A DNA stretch of 64,000 bases from an uncultured Planctomycetales bacterium. Lineage in GTDB: Bacteria; Omnitrophota; Gorgyraeia; Zapsychrales; JANLHA01. The position numbers and the translations under genes are program-made. Of the stretch, positions 1-9,195 are shown piece after piece. The notes beneath the pieces are model-generated. The model was not told the DNA's origin, did no database searches, and saw nothing but the letters and a program-made list of their open reading frames with translations. Location: NCBI GenBank assembly GCA_964489065.1, contig CAZAXH010000008.1:130-64129 (forward strand), written 5' to 3'. Every line of letters starts with the position of its first letter. The first letter of the stretch is position 1.

Positions 1-35
1 TGCGGTTCATTGAGTCCGGACCTTGCTCTGGGGTT
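1..35 (+). repeat. Partial copy (outer end) of the dispersed ~150-bp structured repeat family R, truncated by the window edge
   Basis: tgcggttcattgagtccggaccttgctctgggg matches the outer end of copies at 16438-16588 (reverse complement) and 19201-19355 (ctgcggttccttgagcccagagcttgttctgggg). Confidence 0.6.
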
Positions 36-51
36 TATACCTTTGATTGGG

Positions 52-1449
52 ATGGAGAATTCCATGAAACTCTTATTAATTTGCCCGCGTTTTAAATATG
101 CCAGCGGCGATGTGCCTTTGGGCTTGGTGAGTCTCGCCACTTTTATCAAAAGCAGCATGCCGGATATTCAGATTACCCTTATCGATGGAGCTGTCCAGCG
201 GGATAAGGCTTCGGTGGGACAGTGGATAAGGGAAGCCCGCCCTCATATTGTGGGGATCTACGCCGATTCCTTGATGTACGATGACGCCATGTGGGTCGGC
301 GGTGTCGCTAAACAATATGGCGCCAATGTCATTATGGGTGGGCCTCACGCCACGGTGCTCCCGGATACCGTCATTTCAAAAAGTTTCATTGACGCTGTTT
401 GTGTGGGAGAGGGAGAACGGGTTCTAGTTGAGTATATCCAGGCTTATCCTGGTTCGCAAAGCTACCGGAACATCCCGGGCCTATGGTATAAAGAAAAGGG
501 GGGAGTTGTCAGGAACGAACGGACCGGCCATTATGAGGATTTGGACCTCCATCCAAGGCTGGATTTCGGATTCGTGAACCTCGAGTGTTATTTAAGAAAT
601 TGCATCCACCTGGATTCTTATAGCCCGAGGTTAAGAGTCCTGTCGGTCATGGCGTCCCGGGGTTGCCTCTATCATTGCGCTTATTGCCAGCCTGTCTTGA
701 GCGAGATATTCGGCCGTAAATTAAGAATCCGTTCCGCCGGAAAAATGATCGATGACCTCCTCGATTGGAGAGACCGCTATCGAATTAACGCGGCCTTTTT
801 TCAGGATGATACTTTAACTTTGTTCCCGGATTGGATGAGAGAATTCTGTGAACTGGCGATCAGGAAAAAACTGGGAATCGTTTGGGCGTGCAACAGCCGG
901 TCCGATACCCTGAATTATAAAATGCTGGATTTATACAGAGAGGCCGGGTGCGTTAAAGTCCGGCTTGGGATAGAAACAGCTTCCGACCGGGTCAGAAACG
1001 GCCTGTATAATAAAAAATTGAACCTGGATGTGATCCAGGAGTCGATCAGCCGGTTGAAAGAAAAAAACATCCAGGCTTCCGGTTATTTTATGATCGGCGC
1101 GCCGACCGAGACCGATGAGGATATACGAAGCACAATCCGTTTTGCCTGCGAATCCCGTCTGGATGAAGCCGTCTTTACGATATGCTCTCCGTTGCCCGGC
1201 ACATATCTTTACGTGAAGGCGGACGGCGCGGGAGAGAGCCATCCCGGGAAATTCGAAGATTTTGATTATTATAAGGCGAAGGCAGGACGGTTCCCTCCTG
1301 CGGACGTTCCGGCGGACCGGTTGAATTATTATAAAAAATTCGCGTATTGTTCATTTTACTGTCATCCTAAAAGGCTGGCCAGAACGATGAAGACGGTGTT
1401 GGCCGGAAACCCGGTTAAAACGATAAATAAATTAAAGGTCTACTTTTAA
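52..1449 (+). CDS. B12-binding domain radical SAM protein (class B rSAM); start uncertain (ATG at 10, 52 or 64)
   Basis: N-terminal Rossmann-like cobalamin-binding region (KLLLICPRF...GLVSLATF) then CxxxCxxC-like radical SAM motif (SRGCLYHCAYCQ); paralog of 49664..50959; stop overlaps next gene start (TAATG). Confidence 0.75.
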   Translation: MENSMKLLLICPRFKYASGDVPLGLVSLATFIKSSMPDIQITLIDGAVQRDKASVGQWIREARPHIVGIYADSLMYDDAMWVGGVAKQYGANVIMGGPHATVLPDTVISKSFIDAVCVGEGERVLVEYIQAYPGSQSYRNIPGLWYKEKGGVVRNERTGHYEDLDLHPRLDFGFVNLECYLRNCIHLDSYSPRLRVLSVMASRGCLYHCAYCQPVLSEIFGRKLRIRSAGKMIDDLLDWRDRYRINAAFFQDDTLTLFPDWMREFCELAIRKKLGIVWACNSRSDTLNYKMLDLYREAGCVKVRLGIETASDRVRNGLYNKKLNLDVIQESISRLKEKNIQASGYFMIGAPTETDEDIRSTIRFACESRLDEAVFTICSPLPGTYLYVKADGAGESHPGKFEDFDYYKAKAGRFPPADVPADRLNYYKKFAYCSFYCHPKRLARTMKTVLAGNPVKTINKLKVYF

Positions 1450-3920
1450 TGATGATGCCATCCTGGGAAATCACCCATCCCGTTTTAATGTTCGCTTTTA
1501 TGATGTTTCTGGTTCTGTTTTCACCGGCTGTTTTTAAACGGATCCGGTTGCCAGGTGTCGTCGGGTTGATTGTGGCCGGGATCATGGCGGGGCCCCATGC
1601 TTTTGGGATTCTGAAATCAACGCAGTCTTTGCAGTTGTTTTCTTCCGTAGGGCTGATTTACATTATGTTTCTTGCCGGGCTGGAAATCAACCTGAACGAA
1701 TTTGCCCGGCAGAGAAAAAGCAGCGTTCTTTTCGGGGCCCTGACGTTTGGCGTTCCTATGCTGGCCGGGACTCTGGGCGCGAAATATTTTTTCCCTCTAT
1801 CCTGGCCCGCGGCCCTGCTTTTGGCCAGCATGTTCGCGTCACACACCCTGATTCCGTTTCCTATCACCGCGCGTTTGGGGATCAACAAGGAACGGTCTGT
1901 GGTGGCTACAGTGGGCGGCACAATCATCACCGACACTGCGGCGATGCTGGTTTTGGCCGTCATTGCGGAAAGCGCGGTAACAAGGTTGACGGCGGTCTTC
2001 TGGACGCGGCAAATTATTTTTCTCCTGGCGCTTATCTGGTTCGCGTTATGGCTCTTGCCAAGGATCGCGTACACGCTTTTTAAGATATTCGCCCCTGATG
2101 GGGAAAGCGAATTCTTGCTCACGCTGGCCCTGGTCTTCCTCACGTCTTATTTCGCGCATCTGGCCGGGGTGGAGGCCATCATCGGGGCTTTTTTCTCCGG
2201 GCTATCCTTAAGCCGGCTGATATCGGACTCCAGCCCCTTGAAGAACCGGCTGGAATTCGTGGGCAACACATTTTTTATCCCGTTTTTTCTCATATCGGTG
2301 GGCATGCTTGTTAATCTGCGGGTCATGTTGTCGGGCTGGGAGGTCTGGGGCATGGCGTTGTTTATGGTTGTTTCCGTGATTGTGTTCAAATATGCGGCGG
2401 CGTTTATTTTCGCAAAAACAGCCCGGTTTACGGATGATGAAATGAACCTGATCTTCGGGCTTAGCGTCAACCAGGCGGCGGCAACCCTGGCGACGGTGAT
2501 TGTCGGCTTCCGCCTTGGGATTTTTAATGAGGCCATTTTGAACGGGACGATTTTTATGATCTTTATCACCTGCTTGGTCGGCCCCTGGTTCACGGAAAAG
2601 TTTGGACGAAAGGTCGCTCGCTCGTTGCATTTAAAGGCCGCCGAACACAAGCCGGAGGGCGGGACCCGGGTCATGGTCGCCGTCAGCCGTGATGAGTCAG
2701 CAGAATTCTTGACGGATGTGGCTTTAAGTCTACGGATGCCAGGGTCAAAAGAAGCGGTTTTCCCTCTATATGTGATTCAGGATGGCCTTGACGTTGACCG
2801 CCGTGTGACCTTGGGCGAGAAGGTGTTAAGCGGGGTTGTCGCCAGGGTTGTGGCTGCCGATGTTCCTGTTTCGCCGGTCACCAGGATCGATGTTAATATC
2901 CCGGGTGGAATTCTGCGGGCGGTTAAGGAGTGCCGCGCGGACGCGCTGGTGCTGGGGGTCAGCCCGTCCAGGGACATAGATTTCATGGCCCGGCTGTTTG
3001 ATGTTTCGGATAAAGTGTGTGATGAGAGTCACCAGCTTCTATTCATATGCCATATGGCCTGCGCTTTAAATATCGGGAAAAATCTTTTTGTCCTTATTCC
3101 GCCGGTCCTGGAGCGCCAGGAGGGGTTCGCTCGCGCACTGGAAACCGTAAAGAATTTGGCTGCCGGCAATAAACTGGGGCTTCGCCTGATCGGTGTGCCG
3201 GACACTGTCCGGTTCCTGCAACAAAGTTTATCGCAGACCTTCACCAGCGGTTGTGAGGTCACTTTCCATGTCCTGGATCAATGGAACGAGCTTCCTGCTA
3301 GTGTCAAAAAAGCAGGATTGCAGGACTCTGATTCTATTTTATTGATGGCGGCAAGAAAAGGACGGCTGGCCTGGCAGCCATCCATGAAACGGCTCGCGCA
3401 TGCTTTGAGCCTGCAATTCCCGGCGAACAATGTCATCCGGGTTTATCCGAAGGACGCCGGCTTAGATGATCATAAAGAGGAGGGTTTAGAAAACGCAGGT
3501 ACCACGGCCCGCGTGTTATTAAGCCGTCCCGCTGTTCCCATTGACAGTATGAACCTGGAGGAAGGGATCCGGCGGCTTTTGGAATCACAGTTCCCGCCGG
3601 GCTCTTTAATCTTGTCGGAAGTTATGGATAAGCTATCTCCGCTCGCTCCGGTGGCGTTGTCGTCCGGTATCCTTCTTTTTCACACGCATTCGGCCTATGT
3701 TACGGAACCTGTCATACTGCTGGGCTGCGGACGGGAGGGGCTGGCTTGTTCTTTTCTGGAGGAGAAAACGCGCGCTTTTTTTATCCTGATCAGCCCCGAG
3801 GCCCAGACCAGTGTCCATCTGCAGGCGTTGACTCAAGTGGCCCGTATGGCGCGTGAGATCGAAAATGAACAATGGAATATGCCCGAAGTATTGACTAAAA
3901 AGGGAAAGGATTCATTATGA
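1449..3920 (+). CDS. Cation/proton antiporter (CPA/Kef-like membrane domain) fused to tandem USP-like domains and a C-terminal PTS EIIA(Ntr/Fru type 2)-like domain
   Basis: ~400-aa polytopic N-terminal domain typical of Na+(K+)/H+ exchangers. The C-terminus (GILLFHTHS ... FFILISPEAQTSVHLQALTQVARMA) aligns with PtsN motifs GIAIPHG and LLFALLVP..THLHTLSLVAKRLA. Confidence 0.7.
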   Translation: MMMPSWEITHPVLMFAFMMFLVLFSPAVFKRIRLPGVVGLIVAGIMAGPHAFGILKSTQSLQLFSSVGLIYIMFLAGLEINLNEFARQRKSSVLFGALTFGVPMLAGTLGAKYFFPLSWPAALLLASMFASHTLIPFPITARLGINKERSVVATVGGTIITDTAAMLVLAVIAESAVTRLTAVFWTRQIIFLLALIWFALWLLPRIAYTLFKIFAPDGESEFLLTLALVFLTSYFAHLAGVEAIIGAFFSGLSLSRLISDSSPLKNRLEFVGNTFFIPFFLISVGMLVNLRVMLSGWEVWGMALFMVVSVIVFKYAAAFIFAKTARFTDDEMNLIFGLSVNQAAATLATVIVGFRLGIFNEAILNGTIFMIFITCLVGPWFTEKFGRKVARSLHLKAAEHKPEGGTRVMVAVSRDESAEFLTDVALSLRMPGSKEAVFPLYVIQDGLDVDRRVTLGEKVLSGVVARVVAADVPVSPVTRIDVNIPGGILRAVKECRADALVLGVSPSRDIDFMARLFDVSDKVCDESHQLLFICHMACALNIGKNLFVLIPPVLERQEGFARALETVKNLAAGNKLGLRLIGVPDTVRFLQQSLSQTFTSGCEVTFHVLDQWNELPASVKKAGLQDSDSILLMAARKGRLAWQPSMKRLAHALSLQFPANNVIRVYPKDAGLDDHKEEGLENAGTTARVLLSRPAVPIDSMNLEEGIRRLLESQFPPGSLILSEVMDKLSPLAPVALSSGILLFHTHSAYVTEPVILLGCGREGLACSFLEEKTRAFFILISPEAQTSVHLQALTQVARMAREIENEQWNMPEVLTKKGKDSL

Positions 3921-3954
3921 ACTTATCAGCAAGTGAAGCGAGCCAGCGGATGAA
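3896..3954 (+). repeat. Direct repeat copy A (~58 bp) flanking the IS200-like insertion; duplicate of the antiporter-stop/moxR-start junction
   Basis: aaaagggaaaggattcattatgaacttatcagcaagtgaagcgagccagcggatgaag is nearly identical (about 5 mismatches, 1 indel) to 4861-4921. Confidence 0.8.
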
Positions 3955-4006
3955 GTGGAAGGGTGAGAGGAAGAAGGTGGAAGTGGAAGGGGACAGTCCC
4001 CCATGA
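3917..4006 (+). pseudogene. 29-codon remnant duplicate of the moxR 5' end (MNLSASEASQRMK...) created by the insertion
   Basis: First 13 codons match the moxR N-terminus MTLSASEASQRMK. The frame then runs through the left-end hairpin of the IS to a TGA at 4004-4006. Confidence 0.7.
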
Positions 4007-4860
4007 GGGACAGGGCATTTTTATGCAGTTGAATAATGTGGAGAAATAGGTATAATATTTACATTCCCCTAATGTTTTCCCCTGGTAAACAGAAAGGGGA
4101 TTTTTTATGCCCAGAATCGCCAGAAGAGAGATATTATATGATGGGTGTTATGCACACATCATATCACGGTCGATCCGTAAAATGAAGCTGTTCAGGGAAA
4201 AAGCAGATTTTCAAGAGTTGTATCAATTATTTGCGGAGACAAAACGGCAGGCTTGTTTTAAAATTTATCATTATTGCTTCATGCATACCCATTTTCATTT
4301 AGCCGTCAGTATCCCCGATATTAAAGAGTTCTCAAACGCACTCCGGGATGTCAAGAGCCAATATAGCCATAAATTTCATGCCAAATATCATTTGAGTGGG
4401 CCTATATGGAATGACCGATACCGAGGTTTATTGATCGAGAATGAGGCTTATTTGCAGGCATGCGGGACATATATTGAAAATAATCCGGTAAAGGCAGGTT
4501 TCGTGAAGAAAGCAAACGATTGGAAATTTAGTTCGTCACGGCATTATCAGGGGGAAGGGCCTGATTTATTGGTTGATAATTATGCTGATTCTGATAATCT
4601 GAGCAGAGCCGTTGAGATTGACTTCGAAGAAGAAGAATTTTTTGAGCACGGACATGTTATAGGGTCTGCTTTTTATCGTTGGCAATTATATGAGAAAAAG
4701 AAGAGAAGTTGACCTGTCCCCCAATGGGGACTGTCCCTTGTAAAAAGCCATTTTGTCATGAATTTTTTGGTTTAACCCGAAAATAGAAGGTAAAATAATG
4801 GAGATTTTTTAAATTAGGCCGTCTTTATTGATTTTCGCGGGATAGGAGGAGAAGGGGCCA
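3955..4860 (+). mobile_element. IS200/IS605-family (Y1 HUH transposase) insertion unit with imperfect palindromic subterminal hairpins; RAYT-like alternative
   Basis: Left-end hairpin GGGGACAGTCCCCCATGAGGGACAGGGC (3989-4016). Right-end hairpin gacctgtcccccaatggggactgtccc (4711-4737) is its near reverse complement. A single tnpA lies between them, and the unit is bounded by the 58-bp direct repeats. Confidence 0.7.
4107..4712 (+). CDS. tnpA: Y1 (HUH) tyrosine transposase, IS200-like / REP-associated tyrosine transposase-like
   Basis: HUH motif HTHFHLAV; catalytic Tyr region PIWNDRYRG ... YIENNPV matching the PF01797 pattern (W-x3-Y ... YIEN); 201 aa. Confidence 0.8.
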   Translation: MPRIARREILYDGCYAHIISRSIRKMKLFREKADFQELYQLFAETKRQACFKIYHYCFMHTHFHLAVSIPDIKEFSNALRDVKSQYSHKFHAKYHLSGPIWNDRYRGLLIENEAYLQACGTYIENNPVKAGFVKKANDWKFSSSRHYQGEGPDLLVDNYADSDNLSRAVEIDFEEEEFFEHGHVIGSAFYRWQLYEKKKRS

Positions 4861-4921
4861 TAAAAAAGGGAAAGGGTTGATTATGACTTTATCGGCAAGT
4901 GAAGCGAGCCAGCGGATGAAA
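4861..4921 (+). repeat. Direct repeat copy B (original junction upstream of intact moxR)
   Basis: See copy A; contains the genuine moxR start ATG at 4883. Confidence 0.8.
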
Positions 4922-5830
4922 GCCGTTTGTGATAACCTCGCGCAGGTGATCTGCGGTAAGGAAGACAAAATTGAGCTGGTGGTGCTGGCCCTGGTCGCTG
5001 GCGGGCATGTCCTGATTGAAGACATCCCCGGCGTGGGCAAAACCACCCTGGCCCGGGCGCTGGCCAAAACCGTGGATGGCAAGTTTAACCGCATCCAGTT
5101 CACACCCGACCTTTTGCCGACGGATATCACTGGCATCAATATCTTCAACCAGCATGACAGCAGTTTTTCCTTCAGCCCGGGGCCGCTGTTCGCGCATATC
5201 CTGCTGGGCGACGAAATCAACCGCGCCTCGCCGCGCACGCAGTCCGCGTTGCTGGAGGCGATGAGCGAGGAGCAGGTGACGGTTGACGGCGTCAGCCATA
5301 AACTGCCGTCGCCGTTCATCGTCCTGGCCACGCAAAACCCGATCGATTATCACGGCACTTACCCACTTCCCGAAGCCCAGCTCGACCGCTTTATGCTGCA
5401 GATCGACCTCGGCTACCCGCCCCAGGATAAAGAGCAGGCGCTTTTACTGAACCGCACGCGCCAGGACCCGGTGGACCAGATCGGTCCGATCCTGTCTCTG
5501 GAATCCCTCGAACAGTTAAGGGCTGTGGTGGACATGATCCGGCTGGAGCTTTCGGTCAGTGAGTATCTTTTGAAGATCGTGCTGGCGTCCCGGGCGCATC
5601 CCCAGTTAAGGCTCGGGGTTTCCACCCGGGGCACGCTGCTTTACGGCCGCATCGCCCGGGCCCGCGCGGTCATGCAGGGGCGCGACTACGTGATTCCCGA
5701 AGACGTGAAAGATCTGGCGATCCCGGTTTTGGCGCACCGCATTCTGCTGGACACCAAAGCGCAGTACGGCGGCGTCGCCCGGGCGAATATCGTTTCCGAA
5801 ATTCTATCATCCATTAAAGTGCCACGATAA
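4883..5830 (+). CDS. moxR: MoxR-family AAA+ ATPase
   Basis: Walker A GVGKTTLARALAK; Walker B ILLGDEINRASPRTQSALLEAM; conserved MoxR C-terminal region; ATG at 4883 preferred over the tracked TTG at 4877. Confidence 0.9.
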   Translation: MTLSASEASQRMKAVCDNLAQVICGKEDKIELVVLALVAGGHVLIEDIPGVGKTTLARALAKTVDGKFNRIQFTPDLLPTDITGINIFNQHDSSFSFSPGPLFAHILLGDEINRASPRTQSALLEAMSEEQVTVDGVSHKLPSPFIVLATQNPIDYHGTYPLPEAQLDRFMLQIDLGYPPQDKEQALLLNRTRQDPVDQIGPILSLESLEQLRAVVDMIRLELSVSEYLLKIVLASRAHPQLRLGVSTRGTLLYGRIARARAVMQGRDYVIPEDVKDLAIPVLAHRILLDTKAQYGGVARANIVSEILSSIKVPR

Positions 5831-7074
5831 TGCCGAAACGCGCATATTCATTTTTTATGCCGGCGGAGGACCACGCGTTCATCAAAAGGGCGGTGGTTTA
5901 CACGCGCATGTGGCTCACGGATGCCGGCCGCATCCTGTGCGGCATCGCCTTTGTCGGCATCATGGTTTCTTCACCGGGCCTGCACATCTCCGCTTATCTT
6001 CTGCCGAGTTTCATCATCACTCTGTTTACGACCGCGTTTATGTTCGCGTTCTTCAGCAAGCCCAGGGTCGAGGTGAAACGGCTTCTGGCGCCCAGCCCCT
6101 GTGCCGGCGAGTATCTGGTGTATCAGGTGATCGTCAAGAACACCGGCAGGCATCCTCTGCGGGATTTGAATATCTGCGAAGATGTGCTCCCTTACGGGCT
6201 TTATGACGCGCCGGACCATCCGGAATACAACAGCACGGTCCCCTGGCTGGAGCCGGGGGAAAGCGTGGTGGTCAAACTCATCATCCGCTGCAAGTTCCGG
6301 GGGTGCTACGAACTGCCGCGTGTTCTGGTGGGAACAAGTTTCCCGTCGGGGCTGCTCCGCTGGCCGGTCCGCACGGGGCACAGGGCCCGGCTGATCGTTT
6401 ATCCCAAGTTCATTTCCCAAACCGATTTCCTGGTGCCGTTCAAGCGGGTTTACCAGCCTGGCGGCATCGCGGTCAGTTCGCATGTGGGGGACTCGAATGA
6501 ATTTTTAAGCACCCGGGAATACCGGCGGGGCGACCGCCTGAAAGACATCCACTGGGCCTCGTTCGCGCGCACCGGCCGGCTGATCGTCAAAGAATATGTG
6601 GATGAATATTTTATCCGGGTGGGGCTTTTCCTGGATACGGAACTGAAACGCCGGCAGAGTCAGAAATTTTTCGAGCGCCGCATTTCGATCGTGGCCGGCA
6701 TTGCGGACGCGATCGCCAAGAAAGATTACATTATCGACCTTTTCGCGGCCGGGGATGTGCTGCATCATTTTCAGATGGGCCGGGCCCTGGCGCACCTGGA
6801 GAATCTGCTGGAACTCTTGGCTTGCATCGAGGAGGCGCGGTCCGTTAACTTAAACCGGCTTACGGTGAGCCTAGAGCCTTATCTGGATAAATTGTCCTCC
6901 ATGATCATTCTGCTGGGTGACTGGGATGAGGAGCGGGCCGCGTTGTGCCGGATGATCGAGAGCCGCGGCACGAACATCCGGGTGATTGTCGTGAGAGACC
7001 AGCCGCTGTCGCTTGCCCCGGACCGGGAATTGACGGTGGTGGCGTCCGGAGATAATGAAGGGACCATCCGATGA
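5830..7074 (+). CDS. DUF58 (vWA-like) protein, MoxR partner
   Basis: Signature REYRRGDRLKDIHWASFARTGRLIVKEY; start overlaps moxR stop (TAATG); typical MoxR-DUF58 operon. Confidence 0.85.
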   Translation: MPKRAYSFFMPAEDHAFIKRAVVYTRMWLTDAGRILCGIAFVGIMVSSPGLHISAYLLPSFIITLFTTAFMFAFFSKPRVEVKRLLAPSPCAGEYLVYQVIVKNTGRHPLRDLNICEDVLPYGLYDAPDHPEYNSTVPWLEPGESVVVKLIIRCKFRGCYELPRVLVGTSFPSGLLRWPVRTGHRARLIVYPKFISQTDFLVPFKRVYQPGGIAVSSHVGDSNEFLSTREYRRGDRLKDIHWASFARTGRLIVKEYVDEYFIRVGLFLDTELKRRQSQKFFERRISIVAGIADAIAKKDYIIDLFAAGDVLHHFQMGRALAHLENLLELLACIEEARSVNLNRLTVSLEPYLDKLSSMIILLGDWDEERAALCRMIESRGTNIRVIVVRDQPLSLAPDRELTVVASGDNEGTIR

Positions 7075-9083
7075 TGAGCAAACGCGAACAGACCGAGGTC
7101 TTTATTTCGCTATTTTTGGCCTGGCTCGTTTATGCGTTCTGCCAGGGGGATTTCCTGGCCCCGGGTCTGGCGTTATTGCTGGTTTTCCCTTCCTACCTGA
7201 AACAGGTGTTTGGCCGGCCGTCCCGGAAGTCAGCGGTGAACATGTCATGGCGTTCGCTTATCAGCATGGCGGTGATTTTCGGCGGCACCTGGCGGAATTT
7301 TTTCGAGCCGCCGGACACGGCAGTGTCGTTTATCCCGATCCTGATCCCGGCTTTGCAGACCGCATCCATTGTGGTGGCTGTCCTTGCGTGGTTCCGTTTT
7401 GATTATCAATGGCGGGCGTATTACCTTAAATTTTTACCCTGGTTGACGGTCGCCTTGTCCGTGAACGTGCCGTTTAACGCCTTGACCCAGCTGGTTTTTT
7501 GGCTGTTCTGCTTTGTCAGCGTCGGGTTCATGGTCGCGCAATTGTATATTCCTGTTTCCGACGCTTCCAGGGAAGCGCTTAAAAGGTCGAAGCACAAAAA
7601 TCCTCTGATGTACGCGTATCCGGTTTTCCTGGCGGTGATCGCCATGGGGCTTTTTTCCGTACTGGTTCAGAGCATCAAGCTCGGGGACGATATCTTCATG
7701 ACGCTGATTCAGGATTATGTGGGCCGGCGGCACCTTAATCTGTTCGATTCAACCTTGAGCCTGGCAGGGTCTGGCAACACCCGCAGCGACGTCCGGCCTA
7801 TCCTTGAAATTGACCGGGGCGGGGTGGACACCGCTTATCTTATCGGGCAGGTGTTTGAGAATTACGGCAACGGCGTGTGGAAGGCGCCGGTTGACGTGCC
7901 GATGGCGCCGCTTCCGTCCGGCTTGTCGTCAGATACAAAGACGATTGAGCTGGTGATGTATGAGTATCTCGCGGATGTGATCCCGGTCCCGCAGGGCACA
8001 TCCGCCATGACGAGTAAAGGCGCTTCCTATAAAAAAGATCTGAACGGCATCGTCTATAATGTTGATAAAAAAATACCCAAGGCGAAATTGCAGGTTAAAG
8101 GCCCGTATCCAGAGGCGGTTTGGCGCGAGGCGGAGCGCGGGCGCCTGACCGCGGTGCCGGATTTCCTGCGTATGCATTTAAAGCCCCGCGATGATGCTAT
8201 TGTGGGGAAGGAAACCGATCCCTGGCGGGTGGCGAAACGCCTTGAGCGGTTTTTTAAAGAGAATTTTCAGTATAACCTGTATGTGGATTTTATCGGCGAT
8301 GACCGCGGGCTTTTGTATATGCTGGATTACCGCAAGCCGGCGTACTGTTCGTATTTCGCTTCGGCCATGACTTTAATGCTGCGCGAGCGGGGCATCCCGG
8401 CGCGAATGGTGGCCGGGTTTATGGCCACCGAGGTGTCCCGTTTAAGCGAAGAGAAGTATGTGGTGCGGGGCCGGGACGCGCACGCCTGGGTTGAGGCGTT
8501 GCTGCCGGTGCCGGTTAAGTCATCCGGGGAACCCGGATCGGACTCGCCGGCAGAACCGGGGCCGGTGCTCCAGCGCTGGATCCGGTTCGACCCCACGCCG
8601 CCTGATTTCCGTTTGGCCGCGATCCAGGCCGACAGCCGGTTGAATAAAATCGCGGACTGGATATGGTGTTCGCAAAAACGTTTGAAGGCGTTTATCCTGG
8701 ATATCGAAACCAAGACTCTGGTCGCGGTCCTGTTCGTCGTGGTGATCGCCATAGCCCTGGAAGAAGTCCTTAAAAAAGTGTTGGCCCGGTATTTTAAGAA
8801 AGGCAAATCCTCCCGGGAAAAAGGGGAAGACGGCCTGATGCGGAACGCGAATCCGTTTTTACCGGTGTACCGGCACTTTGAGCTGTTTCTTAAGAAAAAG
8901 CTGGATGTGGAGCGCCTGGAAACGGAAACGGATGCCGAGCTTATTCAAAGGCTGCGCGCCCTGCCGGGCGTCCCGGCTCGGCTGATCGGCGATATCGAAC
9001 ATTTTTTGGAGGAGTATCATCACGCCCGTTTTGGCGATAAGAAGGTGGAAGGGCTGGAGAATATTGTTAAACTTTTAAATTGA
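7071..9083 (+). CDS. Transglutaminase-like domain membrane protein (third gene of MoxR/DUF58/TGase operon)
   Basis: N-terminal TM helices; transglutaminase core Cys-His-Asp context (AYCSYFASAMTLMLRERGIPARMVAGF ... GRDAHAWVEA); overlaps upstream stop. Confidence 0.8.
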   Translation: MMSKREQTEVFISLFLAWLVYAFCQGDFLAPGLALLLVFPSYLKQVFGRPSRKSAVNMSWRSLISMAVIFGGTWRNFFEPPDTAVSFIPILIPALQTASIVVAVLAWFRFDYQWRAYYLKFLPWLTVALSVNVPFNALTQLVFWLFCFVSVGFMVAQLYIPVSDASREALKRSKHKNPLMYAYPVFLAVIAMGLFSVLVQSIKLGDDIFMTLIQDYVGRRHLNLFDSTLSLAGSGNTRSDVRPILEIDRGGVDTAYLIGQVFENYGNGVWKAPVDVPMAPLPSGLSSDTKTIELVMYEYLADVIPVPQGTSAMTSKGASYKKDLNGIVYNVDKKIPKAKLQVKGPYPEAVWREAERGRLTAVPDFLRMHLKPRDDAIVGKETDPWRVAKRLERFFKENFQYNLYVDFIGDDRGLLYMLDYRKPAYCSYFASAMTLMLRERGIPARMVAGFMATEVSRLSEEKYVVRGRDAHAWVEALLPVPVKSSGEPGSDSPAEPGPVLQRWIRFDPTPPDFRLAAIQADSRLNKIADWIWCSQKRLKAFILDIETKTLVAVLFVVVIAIALEEVLKKVLARYFKKGKSSREKGEDGLMRNANPFLPVYRHFELFLKKKLDVERLETETDAELIQRLRALPGVPARLIGDIEHFLEEYHHARFGDKKVEGLENIVKLLN

Positions 9084-9111
9084 AGGTGAAGATAGGCGGA
9101 GGCAGGCGGAT

Positions 9112-9166
9112 GGCGTTCAAGCGCCCCTGCTTTAGAAAACAAAAGGGCTAATTCACTTCATCCGCC
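9112..9166 (+). repeat. Solo copy of a ~50-bp repeat unit (caagcgc...ttagaaaacaaaagggctaattcacttcatcc)
   Basis: Direct copy of 9196-9253 and inverted copy of 9424-9480. Confidence 0.7.
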
Positions 9167-9195
9167 TGGCCTCTGCCCTTGGACACGACGCTTTC

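Noticed and set aside
4825-5353. 168-aa and 154-aa antisense ORFs overlapping the moxR 5' half
   Set aside because: They lie opposite a well-supported conserved CDS; GC-driven artefact.
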